A DNA stretch of 64,000 nucleotides from Candidatus Hermodarchaeota archaeon (GTDB lineage: Archaea; Asgardarchaeota; Heimdallarchaeia; Hodarchaeales; Hodarchaeaceae): NCBI GenBank assembly GCA_048886185.1, contig JBHLKY010000008.1:124565-188564 (forward strand). Reading direction: 5' to 3'. Position numbers and translations under genes: made by a program. The notes beneath the pieces are model-generated. The model saw nothing but the letters and a program-made list of their open reading frames with translations. It was not told the origin of the DNA and searched no databases. How positions within the stretch are numbered: position 1 is the first letter of the stretch; each line of letters opens with the position of its first letter. Of this stretch, positions 48,901 to 58,285 are shown piece by piece.

Positions 48901-51052
48901 TGAAATTTATAGGGGCAGTACAAATATTAACATTACTGGGACTTACGAAGATGCTACTCAAGACCCTGTGCCCGTTGATAATATACAAATCCTTATGAAT
49001 CATTCTAAAGGATTTGAAATATTAGCATCTTCTGTAAGTGTAACTGATGGAATTTTTTCAGTGATTGTCAATTTACCACCCACTACTCCTCTTGAGGACG
49101 GAATTGAAATTTATGGTTATGACCCAACACCACCTATACCCCCAGAAGTGAGAGTGGGCTATAATGCCACTCGAGTAGTAACCACTGTTGATCTTAGTCA
49201 TGCTATCAGTGGTTTCAACGGAGATTCTGTATTCCCAGGAGAATCCCTTTCAATACAAGGTCGACTGACTGATAACTTAGGGAATTTCATCGATTCTTCC
49301 ATACCAATGTTTCAGGATTCATTCTCCGAACTCACAGGACGTCTCCGTCTTGTTGGGTGGACTGGAACAGATGAAGTCGGGGTACCATTTGAAACAACTC
49401 CAAATCCTGATGGATCCTTCGATCTGTCTTATCAAATCCCCTACAATTATACCGATGACATCTTGTTCATAAGGCTGAATATTACCAGTCTTGGATTAAT
49501 TCATTATCGTACGAATTATATCCAAACCACATCAATTAACGTTTATCATGATTTCCAAATTGAGAATCTAGAAATTTATTTCCCTGGAAATGATTCTTCG
49601 ACAGGACTAACGAACAATAGCATTTATATTGTTTCAGGAATTAACAATCGAGATATCACTATTAGGGGCACTCTAGTAGATTCAATTGGGAGAAATTTAA
49701 TTGAGAAACAGATAAGGACAACGTGGAACGGTAGCCCCGCTCTGGGATCCGTAAATGCTGTTGGATATTTTTCCAGGGATTATTCATTCTCAGGATGGGA
49801 AAATAATAGTTGGATTTGGCAATTCCACCATATTTTAGATAATGGGACAATCCTATCATCATTCTATATTATCACTCTTCACTGGGAGGTGTATGACGAA
49901 ACAGAACCTTCAATTACCATTGTTGAACCCATCGCTAATTCTTCTGAAGGTGTTGTACTTCTTCGACAAAATGACACAACAATGATTATCGTGACAGTCA
50001 GGGATCCAGACTATAATGTTGTTTCAGTTGGTTTAGACCCCACGACAGTCATGATCATTATAAATGGCACTAGCGATACCATGGTTTCATCCGATAATAC
50101 TACATTTTCTTACATGTGGGACACTTCTGATCCTGTTGACGGTTTCTATATTATCACAATTCAAGTTTCTGATTTAGCTAATAATACAAATCAGACAGAA
50201 ATTATGATTGTGTTTGATGTAAAACTTCCAACTGGAACAATTGAGGCCCTAGCAAACAGTGAAGGATATCTAATTATCGATCATGAAACTGGAAATGCGG
50301 TAATTTCAGGGAAAATCGAAGACAAAAGTTCTATCACTGGTTGGAATTTTGGTATCGATAATGTTTCAGCTCGTTTTTATATTCTTAATACCCAAAGGGG
50401 TATTCTCATGGTTAATTCAAGCATTTTTATAAGTGAAAACAGTTATTCATATGATTGGGGTATAATCTTCAATCCAGATGATTTTGAACAACTTGAACGT
50501 AATGGTTCTTTCGTTGGATATGAGGAATGGACATTACGAATTACATTCAGTGATTTGGCTGGTAATTCAAACCAAACTGAAATAATTGTGAAGCTAGATA
50601 ACACCCAACCCTCCTTAAGTATTAAAGACGAGTTACCTGACAATATAGAGAAAAATTTGGTATTAAATATTACATATGAAGATCAACATAGCGGGATCTA
50701 CATAGAATCTCTTTCGATTCAGCTTCTCAACTCAACGAAAGCTTTCGTAAATGGATATACTTTTTATTCTGGAGATAACAATTTCATAGCTGTTTCAGAA
50801 AGTGAGGCAACTATTGATTTTGATCTTTCAGGATTAAAGAAAGGTAAATATTTTGTAAGAGTAGTCATTTTTGATAATACCGGAAATAAAAAAGAGATAA
50901 TTTCTGACTCCTTTAATTTTACTCCTCCCAGTCCCCCATCAAACCCGCTTATAAACATAATCCTTGTTGTTTTGTCTCCAATTCTCGCTTTTGGTGGAGG
51001 AGTTGGAATAGCTGCGCTGTATGAACGAATAAAAGGGATAAGAAGTGCATAA
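45914..51052 (+). CDS. Giant (1712 aa) N-glycosylated cell-surface protein, S-layer/adhesin-like, with an N-terminal signal-anchor and a C-terminal TM anchor
   Basis: Dozens of N-x-S/T sequons, C-terminal helix ILVVLSPILAFGGGVGIAALY, internal repeated domains. Confidence 0.7.
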   Translation: MKGILAVLKKIENNPFGGIKVKELRIGITLFLLLVSIFAFSTQNSLYFLPFTNRDSLSSSSGTERINPLQNNFPPPTSTIHTGIIPPSSFSSRNSISDIEDPLPQYFPGSNIHIRNQFTLAQYNATHNIVIVCQIIYIFLFESSTDLQTMINEGNSSDPTTSPYYVHEAITNGSHALGWPAIVPDLILNPTVGFIDTIFQIPDSSTLANMGITSDDEVTIFQYYPAHNETSRINIPISRTDNFTLSSVATFSVDAPGIINPNSGDNTFRQGEFATATLSAMSGTTPIDNVSVSCKLYFANDSEVTDSGFFYELREVSFPYSPSTITDLNGDLGLFLNTTYPDSPEGDYYINLTADFTGTPFYLMNSEKVITIKASFTVENEPDIVADNLFTISNVQPDPMDPPNANNTIVTIQIQAYDAYGTGAYPLANIPVNATLDIQEVWVDINFGAAFTPNGTGWALTDLNGEITFDITAGFPIPYELKTPIITVQADLQSNLAPIYPPGEPHRFVENSTGGKIVTEIRVISIDPDFWVGAIYRISSPVSIRPGQSTELEYEVSNAGGPTQNVPVKITSQEFIPGVTLFINETIYPRYDIYDYYYTDSNGRIKVTVYTTYLTTPEYVKNIALNITADFENDTEPRWIGSTNAIIAFSATNIYANFERTWTSDIRTDDLTINPNFNNCTISYLATNESDTIIRPGDDIAVTFQVREEGGTRLSNVYVNISLSGSYPGVSLAIHPSSGAQDPLRADYYYTNASGMITVIIGTIYGTTPKTLDIILDATADFENDSYSVWYVGSKGLRPDFRSNSSYSEGVGSITVAPQYFIGEISVKGNPKTIVPQNGTLIIDFELRLRDYNTGTRITPPAILIDGVNISILINNQAPSDLNMEVTPTWKYSEDSIVTFIIKTNNTSGIAPEGDYVINAEADYGAAQSLIYNFTYNTVPTGHLSGIWVNASDSDGYSRTSQSFKVQNRDIITVLISEVTDLFHPDAGFNSNDGLYEIYRGSTNINITGTYEDATQDPVPVDNIQILMNHSKGFEILASSVSVTDGIFSVIVNLPPTTPLEDGIEIYGYDPTPPIPPEVRVGYNATRVVTTVDLSHAISGFNGDSVFPGESLSIQGRLTDNLGNFIDSSIPMFQDSFSELTGRLRLVGWTGTDEVGVPFETTPNPDGSFDLSYQIPYNYTDDILFIRLNITSLGLIHYRTNYIQTTSINVYHDFQIENLEIYFPGNDSSTGLTNNSIYIVSGINNRDITIRGTLVDSIGRNLIEKQIRTTWNGSPALGSVNAVGYFSRDYSFSGWENNSWIWQFHHILDNGTILSSFYIITLHWEVYDETEPSITIVEPIANSSEGVVLLRQNDTTMIIVTVRDPDYNVVSVGLDPTTVMIIINGTSDTMVSSDNTTFSYMWDTSDPVDGFYIITIQVSDLANNTNQTEIMIVFDVKLPTGTIEALANSEGYLIIDHETGNAVISGKIEDKSSITGWNFGIDNVSARFYILNTQRGILMVNSSIFISENSYSYDWGIIFNPDDFEQLERNGSFVGYEEWTLRITFSDLAGNSNQTEIIVKLDNTQPSLSIKDELPDNIEKNLVLNITYEDQHSGIYIESLSIQLLNSTKAFVNGYTFYSGDNNFIAVSESEATIDFDLSGLKKGKYFVRVVIFDNTGNKKEIISDSFNFTPPSPPSNPLINIILVVLSPILAFGGGVGIAALYERIKGIRSA

Positions 51053-51202
51053 CGCTTATATAAAACACAAAAAATTACAGATGTTTCAAGATGTCTTTAA
51101 AGAAATATTATAAATATGGAATAAAATAAAGATTAAAAAATAAATGAAAACCCTAGTAATCTAGATTGGATAAGATCAGGATAAATTCAAACTATAAATC
51201 AA

Positions 51203-51727
51203 TTGAGAATCGTGATACGAATGATTGGAATCAACTTCTTTGCTCAAGGAATATTAGATTTACTCCTCCCTATTCTAATCTTAGGCGCTTTGATTATCGC
51301 TGGCTTTTTATTGTTCTATTTTCGAGAACAAATTGTAGAAGCCTTAGGAGTAGGTGGAGTGAAAAAGACTATAACAGAACAAGAGATCGAGCAACGTCTT
51401 GTTCAAATTCGACAATTGGCTCGCCAACAGATGTTTCGGGAAGCATCAGTCTTAATGTGGCAAACAATGACTCTTGCTTCAGAGTCTTTCCTCGGTGTTG
51501 GCCGTTCACCTAACGAATCAGCACGACAACTGGGTGTTAAACTCATGAATCGTGGAGATATAGACCCCAGTGCTATTAATGCCATTGTAATGGCTTTTGA
51601 GAAGGCACGATATGGCCAAGCTCCTCTCACCACTCAGGAATTCAAGGATGGTTTATCAGGACTTCACCAATTCCTCCAAACAGCAACATCAGCCGGTAGA
51701 CTCGCAGAGACACCTGAAGAATATTGA
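51203..51727 (+). CDS. DUF4129-like membrane protein (first gene of the MoxR module)
   Basis: N-terminal TM then a helical domain ending ...ARYGQAPLT. Conserved position upstream of MoxR/DUF58. Confidence 0.5.
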   Translation: MRIVIRMIGINFFAQGILDLLLPILILGALIIAGFLLFYFREQIVEALGVGGVKKTITEQEIEQRLVQIRQLARQQMFREASVLMWQTMTLASESFLGVGRSPNESARQLGVKLMNRGDIDPSAINAIVMAFEKARYGQAPLTTQEFKDGLSGLHQFLQTATSAGRLAETPEEY

Positions 51728-51774
51728 TCGTAAATAGAGAATAGATACTGTCATTAAAAGCTTAGTGAGATCTC

Positions 51775-53538
51775 ATGGTAGAGATAAATCGAACAACAGC
51801 AGCATTAATTATCCTTGCTATTTTCATTAGCTATCCGTTTGCAGCTGCTTTTGTATTAGGATTCCTTCCGCGAGCATTTTCTAAAAACACCACTAACTTT
51901 TCAATCTATAATGAGGAGTGGAATGGAGCTAGCAAATTCAAGGAAATGTTTGAGGAAACCTCAAATAACGCTCAAATCTCTACTATTGTTGGTAGCAGTA
52001 ATATACTCAACCGTCTAAATAATACAGAAATGAATGGATCTCTTATTATTCTTGGCCCCGCGATTCACTATGATTTCTCTGAAGCCTTAGCTATTATTAT
52101 GTTCGCCATCAATGGAGGACGAGTACTAATAGCAGATGATTTTGGAACAGCAAACGATATCCTTGGAGTTTTATCTATATTTTTGGGATTTATGTCACAA
52201 GTGGATCTTCTTGACTTGGGAATGGGAAATGTGGCAGGAACGAATATATTTGGGCTAAATACAACTACTGGGATTAATGCGACTGAGAATGGGGAGGATG
52301 AAAATTGTACATCGGCTGCAAACTTCCCAATTGCTGGAATAGCCATTAATGGTAGTCTTCTCGCTGACCAAGGCAGCTATAATGATACACCTCTTACTCC
52401 TGTATTCAGTTCTCCCACCTCGAGTACACAAGAAGGGACTAGTTATCGCATGCCAGCACCTTGGGTCACCGATTTTACAGAAGGTTTGAGCGGTAATGGG
52501 GTAATCGGAAATTTTGCTTCAATAATTTCGATGAAAGTTAGGTATCCAAAACCGAAAAGTGAGTATGAGAATCCCAATGATTTTGATGAGTGTAATCCTG
52601 AATTTATCACGAAATGGGTTCCAATGGGAGAATTTCCAGCTTCTGCCTCAGGAGCTTATAATGAATTAGCGGATTTGGGGATAGCTGTGCCTGATTTAGA
52701 TTTCAGTCTACAAATAGCGGTATTATATAGCAGTTCCCATGCATGGCTAGAATCAAACATTGAACTTGCAAAGAGAGATGTCAATAAAATTGGTCCCAAC
52801 AGCTCAAATCCTTATGAATGGGCGCACCCAAGTGTTGGTTTTCCAGTATTCGTTTATTTTCCTTTTCCTTTAGGAGGAGACATAATTATCTGTTCTGATC
52901 CATCAATATTCATAAATAAGTACATTGATGAAGATAGAAATGATTATGACGATACTTTTGATAATAATCAATTCGCTCAAAATGTAATCAATAAAATCAT
53001 GAGAGACCGAAGAGGGCAAACAATTATATTTGATGAAGCTCATCTTGCAAATCATCCCTTATCCCCTACTTTCCCCTTAAGTCTATATCTGAAATTTCTC
53101 GATATGATAACCATGTTTCCATTGTTTGCATGGGCATTACCTTTTGCAGCAATCTTATTATCCCGGCGTTTTATGCCAAAAAGAACTCAAGCTAAACCTC
53201 TCTTATTAACTCGTGTTGAACGTTATTACGGCCGAAGTTTCTTTGCTGTAAAAATGCGCTGGTTTCTTGAATATCAACAATATTCACGTGGCTTAGAATT
53301 AATTTATCGCCGACTAAGGCGAAATTTGATCAGACGATATAATCCTGAGGTTGAACTAACTCCTGAAATCGCCGCCACTTACTTAGTAAATGAATTTCCT
53401 AATCGATTTACCCATAGAGGTATTACTGAAGGTTTAACAATTATTGAACAGATTATTGATAGACGAGCTACAATTTCAGAACAAGAGTTCTTAACCCATT
53501 ATCTGTTCTTGAAAGACATCGGGGTGGAGATAACTTAA
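51775..53538 (+). CDS. Large membrane protein: N-terminal TM, about 430-aa extracytoplasmic domain, second TM, cytoplasmic tail. DUF4350-like partner of MoxR modules.
   Basis: Topology from hydrophobic stretches. N-glyc sequons in the central domain. Confidence 0.45.
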   Translation: MVEINRTTAALIILAIFISYPFAAAFVLGFLPRAFSKNTTNFSIYNEEWNGASKFKEMFEETSNNAQISTIVGSSNILNRLNNTEMNGSLIILGPAIHYDFSEALAIIMFAINGGRVLIADDFGTANDILGVLSIFLGFMSQVDLLDLGMGNVAGTNIFGLNTTTGINATENGEDENCTSAANFPIAGIAINGSLLADQGSYNDTPLTPVFSSPTSSTQEGTSYRMPAPWVTDFTEGLSGNGVIGNFASIISMKVRYPKPKSEYENPNDFDECNPEFITKWVPMGEFPASASGAYNELADLGIAVPDLDFSLQIAVLYSSSHAWLESNIELAKRDVNKIGPNSSNPYEWAHPSVGFPVFVYFPFPLGGDIIICSDPSIFINKYIDEDRNDYDDTFDNNQFAQNVINKIMRDRRGQTIIFDEAHLANHPLSPTFPLSLYLKFLDMITMFPLFAWALPFAAILLSRRFMPKRTQAKPLLLTRVERYYGRSFFAVKMRWFLEYQQYSRGLELIYRRLRRNLIRRYNPEVELTPEIAATYLVNEFPNRFTHRGITEGLTIIEQIIDRRATISEQEFLTHYLFLKDIGVEIT

Positions 53539-53576
53539 TCATAGTAAAACTAATAAACTCATAAACTAGACTAGAA

Positions 53577-54641
53577 GTGAAAGAAATGAGTAAAACCAAT
53601 TTGGAAGGTAAAGACTTCACTAGTGATGATCTAACTTATGAAATGCTGGAAGTTAGCGACGTTGCTCGTGCTTACCAGCAAATTATGGGAGAAGTTCGGA
53701 AAGTCTACATTGGAAGGACTGAAATCTTTGAAATGCTTTGGATTGCAATGTTAACTGGTAAACATGTCTATCTTGAAGGTGTTCCTGGTATTGGAAAAAC
53801 TTATATGGCGGAAACCTTCTCTAAAGTTCTTGGGACTGTATATAGACGCATTCAATTCACTCCTGATATGCTTCCTTCTGATATTGTGGGAACTAATATT
53901 TTCAATCCAAAAACAGGAACTTTTCGTCTTAAGAAAGGCCCAATTTTTGGAAATGTGATTCTCGCAGATGAAATTAATCGGGCCCCTCCAAAAACACAAT
54001 CAGCAATGCTTGAAGCTATGGCTGAACGTCAGGTTTCAATAGAAGGAGAAACTCATAAGCTCGAAAAACCTTTTGTTGTTATGGCAACTGCAAACCCTGT
54101 TGAACAAGAAGGAACCTATCCGCTACCTGAGGCGCAATTAGACCGTTTTATGATAAAAGTCATTGTTCATCACTCTTCTCCTGACGATGAACTACGAATT
54201 ATTAAATTCAAAAACGAACCCGTTCCAGCAAAAGTCAACCAAGTTGTTTCGCCACAAACTATTGTTGCAATGATGGATGTGGTCAAGAGAGTGTACGTCT
54301 GTCCTGAACTCTTGGAATTAATCCGCGACATAACTGTTTCAACACGAACAGACCCCCGTTTAGTTTTAGGATGTTCTCCCCGTGGAAGTGAAAGCCTCTT
54401 ATTAGCTGGGAAAGCACGAGCTGCAATTCATGCAAGAGAATTCGTCATTCCTGATGATATTCTTTTGATGATTCCTCATATTGTTCATCATCGCCTCATT
54501 CTAAAACCTGAAGCTGAATTAGAAGGAATTACTCAGATAAGAATCGCAGAGGACATACGTGATACTTTAGTTATTCCAGTAGATCCAATCGAAGAAGGAG
54601 CGATTTATGAGGAGTATTACGAAGAAGTATATGAAGAATAA
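53577..54641 (+). CDS. MoxR-family AAA+ ATPase
   Basis: Walker A GVPGIGKT, Walker B ILADEINRAPP, sensor-region LEAMAERQVS. Confidence 0.85.
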   Translation: MKEMSKTNLEGKDFTSDDLTYEMLEVSDVARAYQQIMGEVRKVYIGRTEIFEMLWIAMLTGKHVYLEGVPGIGKTYMAETFSKVLGTVYRRIQFTPDMLPSDIVGTNIFNPKTGTFRLKKGPIFGNVILADEINRAPPKTQSAMLEAMAERQVSIEGETHKLEKPFVVMATANPVEQEGTYPLPEAQLDRFMIKVIVHHSSPDDELRIIKFKNEPVPAKVNQVVSPQTIVAMMDVVKRVYVCPELLELIRDITVSTRTDPRLVLGCSPRGSESLLLAGKARAAIHAREFVIPDDILLMIPHIVHHRLILKPEAELEGITQIRIAEDIRDTLVIPVDPIEEGAIYEEYYEEVYEE

Positions 54642-54708
54642 CTTAAGCTCAAAAATCTATACCAATTATCGATTAAAAAAATCTAGAATCTCCTAGGAGT
54701 ATAATTGA

Positions 54709-56193
54709 ATGCTTTCGTCTCGTGGAGCCTTCATAGCCATTGGAGGTATTTTATTAATCTCAGTGGGGTTAAGTGCCAAGGGTATCGGAACTGTCGCCAC
54801 AATGCTTCCTATTCTATTTGGAGAACAAGGATGGGAAGCGGAAACAACTGAACCAATAGAGCCCACTGAACCCGTGAATCAAACTATTTCGATATCTGAT
54901 CTAGTCAGACCGTTTAATATCTTGAATAGCTCGCCAATTGTGGATTATGGGATGTTTTTGGGAACTCTATTACTCTTGGCAAGCGTTATTGGTCTTCCTT
55001 TCTTCCGTGTTTCAGCAAATGCCTCATTGATACGAGTAACACGTACTGTAGATCGAGAAAAAGCTTTTGCAGGCGAATATGTGCATGTAACAGTCAAAGT
55101 AGAAAATACAGGACGAAGGCGTATGGATTTTCTCGAGATATATGATGCTATTCCCGATATGTTTGAAATTGCTTTAGGTGAGAACTTTATTATAACCCAG
55201 CTTGCAGGAAGAGAAACAAAAGAATTTTCCTACATAGTTCAAGTCAGTACTCGGGGAGTTTATCGCCTTGGGCCAGTCAAGGTTATTATCCATGATAGAT
55301 TAGGATTCTACTTTGAGGAGGATGTGAGACATTTCTATACTGAAATTCTTTGTTACCCCTCATATGAAGATATTCGACGAATGGAAGCATTGAGTAAACG
55401 CCGACAACAAGGTAAGATGTTTGGAGCTCACAAAACCAAACTAAAGGGAATGGGAGATGATTTTCATGCTTTAGCACGCTATTATCCTGGAGCTCCCTTC
55501 AAATCTCTAGATTGGAAAGCATTCAGTCGTACGGGAGAACTTATGGTAAGAGAGTTTGAATCAGAGAAAAATATTCGAATGGTTGTTTTTCTTGACCATA
55601 GTGGGAGTATGGGAGCTGGTATTCCATTTAATACTAAACTGGATTTTGCTATACGTTCGACAATGCTTGTAATGAAGATGGCTGAAGAACGCCAGGATCT
55701 TTTCGGGTTGGTTACGTTTGCCGACCGCCCGACATCATTCCTTCCTCCTGGAGGAGGAAAAGCAAAGTTTTTCCAATTATTAGAGATTCTAGCATTGGTA
55801 GAACCACAAGGCCGTTCTGATCCCTTAGCTGCTGTGGATTTTGTGATGCAAAGGGTACCAAGAGCCTCATTTTATATTTTCTTAACAGATCTTGAATCTT
55901 CTGATTCAGAAATCTTCACAGAAGCTGCAAAGCGAGCACGGGCAACAAAGAATAATATTACTGTAATATCACCATTTGGCCCGTTATTTGAGACAAAACT
56001 TAGTGATCTGACAGCAACAGAAAGAGCAATAGCGGAAGCTATATTTGAAGAATATCTTGGATATAGGAAACAAGTAGAGGACAGATTACGGGGATTAGGA
56101 GTAGAAATCATTAATGTTGGGCCTGATGACATGCTCCCTAACGTAATTAAGACATATATGGAAGGTAAGCAAGTAGGTAAAGGAACTGTGTAA
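54709..56193 (+). CDS. DUF58/vWA-domain protein (MoxR partner)
   Basis: N-terminal TMs, then a DUF58-like core with a vWA/MIDAS-like segment VVFLDHSGSMG. Confidence 0.65.
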   Translation: MLSSRGAFIAIGGILLISVGLSAKGIGTVATMLPILFGEQGWEAETTEPIEPTEPVNQTISISDLVRPFNILNSSPIVDYGMFLGTLLLLASVIGLPFFRVSANASLIRVTRTVDREKAFAGEYVHVTVKVENTGRRRMDFLEIYDAIPDMFEIALGENFIITQLAGRETKEFSYIVQVSTRGVYRLGPVKVIIHDRLGFYFEEDVRHFYTEILCYPSYEDIRRMEALSKRRQQGKMFGAHKTKLKGMGDDFHALARYYPGAPFKSLDWKAFSRTGELMVREFESEKNIRMVVFLDHSGSMGAGIPFNTKLDFAIRSTMLVMKMAEERQDLFGLVTFADRPTSFLPPGGGKAKFFQLLEILALVEPQGRSDPLAAVDFVMQRVPRASFYIFLTDLESSDSEIFTEAAKRARATKNNITVISPFGPLFETKLSDLTATERAIAEAIFEEYLGYRKQVEDRLRGLGVEIINVGPDDMLPNVIKTYMEGKQVGKGTV

Positions 56194-56196
56194 TAA

Positions 56197-57573
56197 ATGC
56201 CCGCAGGACAAACAACAGCTCATTTCTTTCGAATTCTATATATTATCGTATTTGTGTTCTCATGTCTCTTGGTTATCGGTATACCTATCCCTATAGACAA
56301 TCCAATATTAGCTACAAGTATTGATCCCTCTATGTTTGATTTTACACAGGTCTTCAATATCTTAGAGTATATAATGATAATTGTTGAGGTGTTAATTCAA
56401 GGGTTTGCATCTGTAGCCTTTCAAGTAGTTTCAATAATAGCATCAAGTAAACAGGATATCTTTCTTATTGGTGATCAGTTTTTTGAGAGAGTAGATTCTG
56501 GAGACATGATGACCACTCTCACGGCTATAGTTAATCCTGAAAATGGCTTTTTTCCTCACAGTAGTGCGATTACTCTTGATACTTTTCTAGAGGATTTTGG
56601 GAACTTCTTTGGAGCAACTACAATCCTAATCCTTCTTCCAGTTGCTATTCTTTCAGGAATTGGCTTTCTTCGAGAGGGAGACACCAAACTCGCAATTTAT
56701 TCATTTCTAGGATTTCAACTTATCATTATCATTGCAATCTTTACTGAAAAAATCATTGTCACTACAAAAATAGACTCCTCAAATATATTCACAATGTTGT
56801 TCAGTCCCATTTTCACTCTTGGATTTCTATTATATCTCCTTTTAGAGATTGCTTTCCAAACATCATATACTTTAAACATAATTGAACCTATGACAGAACG
56901 TGAAAAACGAATTCAGGAGCATCTTAAACGAATACGTACTTTTGTTCCTTTATCTGAGGAGGAAAAAGGAAAGGAACAGTCTATCCAAAGTGTTCAATCA
57001 AAAAAATTTGATTTACTTGCAGCTAGTTATTTACGGGAACTGGTAGAAAGACGTGTGTTCAAAAAGGGAGAAGTGATGCGTGATGCCAAATCTACGATGC
57101 GGTTGCAGTCTTACCTTGCAAGTTTGAATCAGAGTGATCCTGAAACGGATTTGAAATTAGCTGCTAAAACTGCTCAACCCGATATTTCTGCTTTAATTAA
57201 ACATTTCGTTCCAGCTATGGCTTTTCGCATCATTACGGTCACAGTTCTCGCATATGTGATCTTAGCGCCTGAATTTCTTCTTACCCCCCTCATGGGAACT
57301 TCTTTTCCAGCCCTTCTTCAGAGTCTGGAACTAACTCAGCCTGAATTTCAAACAATAGCCATTCTCAATGTAGTCTTACTTTTCATTCTAGTTGGTGCAT
57401 TATTGCATTACTTTTCAGGTGGACGAACTGGTAGGATTCTAGAACGAGTAGTTCAACAAATTGATACTTTAGTAGATTTTGATAGAGATTCAAAACCAAC
57501 AATAACTCCAAGCGAAACTAGTGAAGAAGAAGTGGAAGAACCACCTTCAGATGATGAAGAAGAGATCTCCTAA
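56197..57573 (+). CDS. Polytopic membrane protein with an acidic C-terminal tail, hypothetical
   Basis: Multiple TM helices. Translationally coupled to the DUF58 gene, 3-nt gap. Confidence 0.45.
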   Translation: MPAGQTTAHFFRILYIIVFVFSCLLVIGIPIPIDNPILATSIDPSMFDFTQVFNILEYIMIIVEVLIQGFASVAFQVVSIIASSKQDIFLIGDQFFERVDSGDMMTTLTAIVNPENGFFPHSSAITLDTFLEDFGNFFGATTILILLPVAILSGIGFLREGDTKLAIYSFLGFQLIIIIAIFTEKIIVTTKIDSSNIFTMLFSPIFTLGFLLYLLLEIAFQTSYTLNIIEPMTEREKRIQEHLKRIRTFVPLSEEEKGKEQSIQSVQSKKFDLLAASYLRELVERRVFKKGEVMRDAKSTMRLQSYLASLNQSDPETDLKLAAKTAQPDISALIKHFVPAMAFRIITVTVLAYVILAPEFLLTPLMGTSFPALLQSLELTQPEFQTIAILNVVLLFILVGALLHYFSGGRTGRILERVVQQIDTLVDFDRDSKPTITPSETSEEEVEEPPSDDEEEIS

Positions 57574-57596
57574 TCCGCTCACTTGAGGAATTTTGA

Positions 57597-58130
57597 ATGG
57601 TAAAATTAGATCCTGAAAGCAGTGAAGCTAGAAAAAGAATATCTAAAGTGGTTCCCAGCTATCGGAGCTATGAAAAACAGGTGGATCGTCAATCAACTGA
57701 GACAGCAATACGAACGTATTTAGAATCACAGCTCTCAAGCTATTCTGATGATATTAAAAAGATCCAAGAAGCAGCTTTAATGAGTCAAATGATTACAACT
57801 TGGTCTGATCTAGATCGTTTGATCTCAAGCTTTTCAGATATCCGATATTTGATCCAAATGACGGAATATGGAATAAGCACCTTCTTTGACTCAAATGTAA
57901 TCAAAGAATTTGATTTAAGTTATCTATATACATTAGAAAAAACCATTCTCGACATTATTGGGCGTTTAGATGATAAAATCAGCCGTTTTGATGATGCTAT
58001 TGAATCTGGTATGCTCTCGGACAGCAGTCGTCTGACAAATGAAATTTTGGATGACCTTTCTGCCATTAGAGACGCATGGGAAGAACGGAGAAAGTTGATA
58101 TCTGATTTTCAGAAATTAGGATTAGTTTAA
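57597..58130 (+). CDS. Hypothetical helical protein
   Basis: ORF, co-directional with the MoxR module. Confidence 0.4.
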   Translation: MVKLDPESSEARKRISKVVPSYRSYEKQVDRQSTETAIRTYLESQLSSYSDDIKKIQEAALMSQMITTWSDLDRLISSFSDIRYLIQMTEYGISTFFDSNVIKEFDLSYLYTLEKTILDIIGRLDDKISRFDDAIESGMLSDSSRLTNEILDDLSAIRDAWEERRKLISDFQKLGLV

Positions 58131-58285
58131 TCAAATTGAATTATTTGTTGGATTCTCGAGTTATGACTATCTTATCACCATTTTTTGAGATTTCTTAACT
58201 TTATACTTTTATAGCTTTTATCTTTTTCTTCCAGCGGGTCTCTTTCATCGGAGAACATACTTTCTGATTTGAATTGATATGAATA

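Noticed and set aside
47399-50958. Several short ORFs on both strands inside the 1712-aa surface-protein gene
   Set aside because: Embedded in a long continuous CDS. No independent support.
51166-51513. 115-aa plus-strand ORF overlapping the DUF4129 gene in another frame
   Set aside because: The alternative frame gives a Cys/Arg-rich low-complexity product. The DUF4129 frame shows a TM plus helical domain and continues further.
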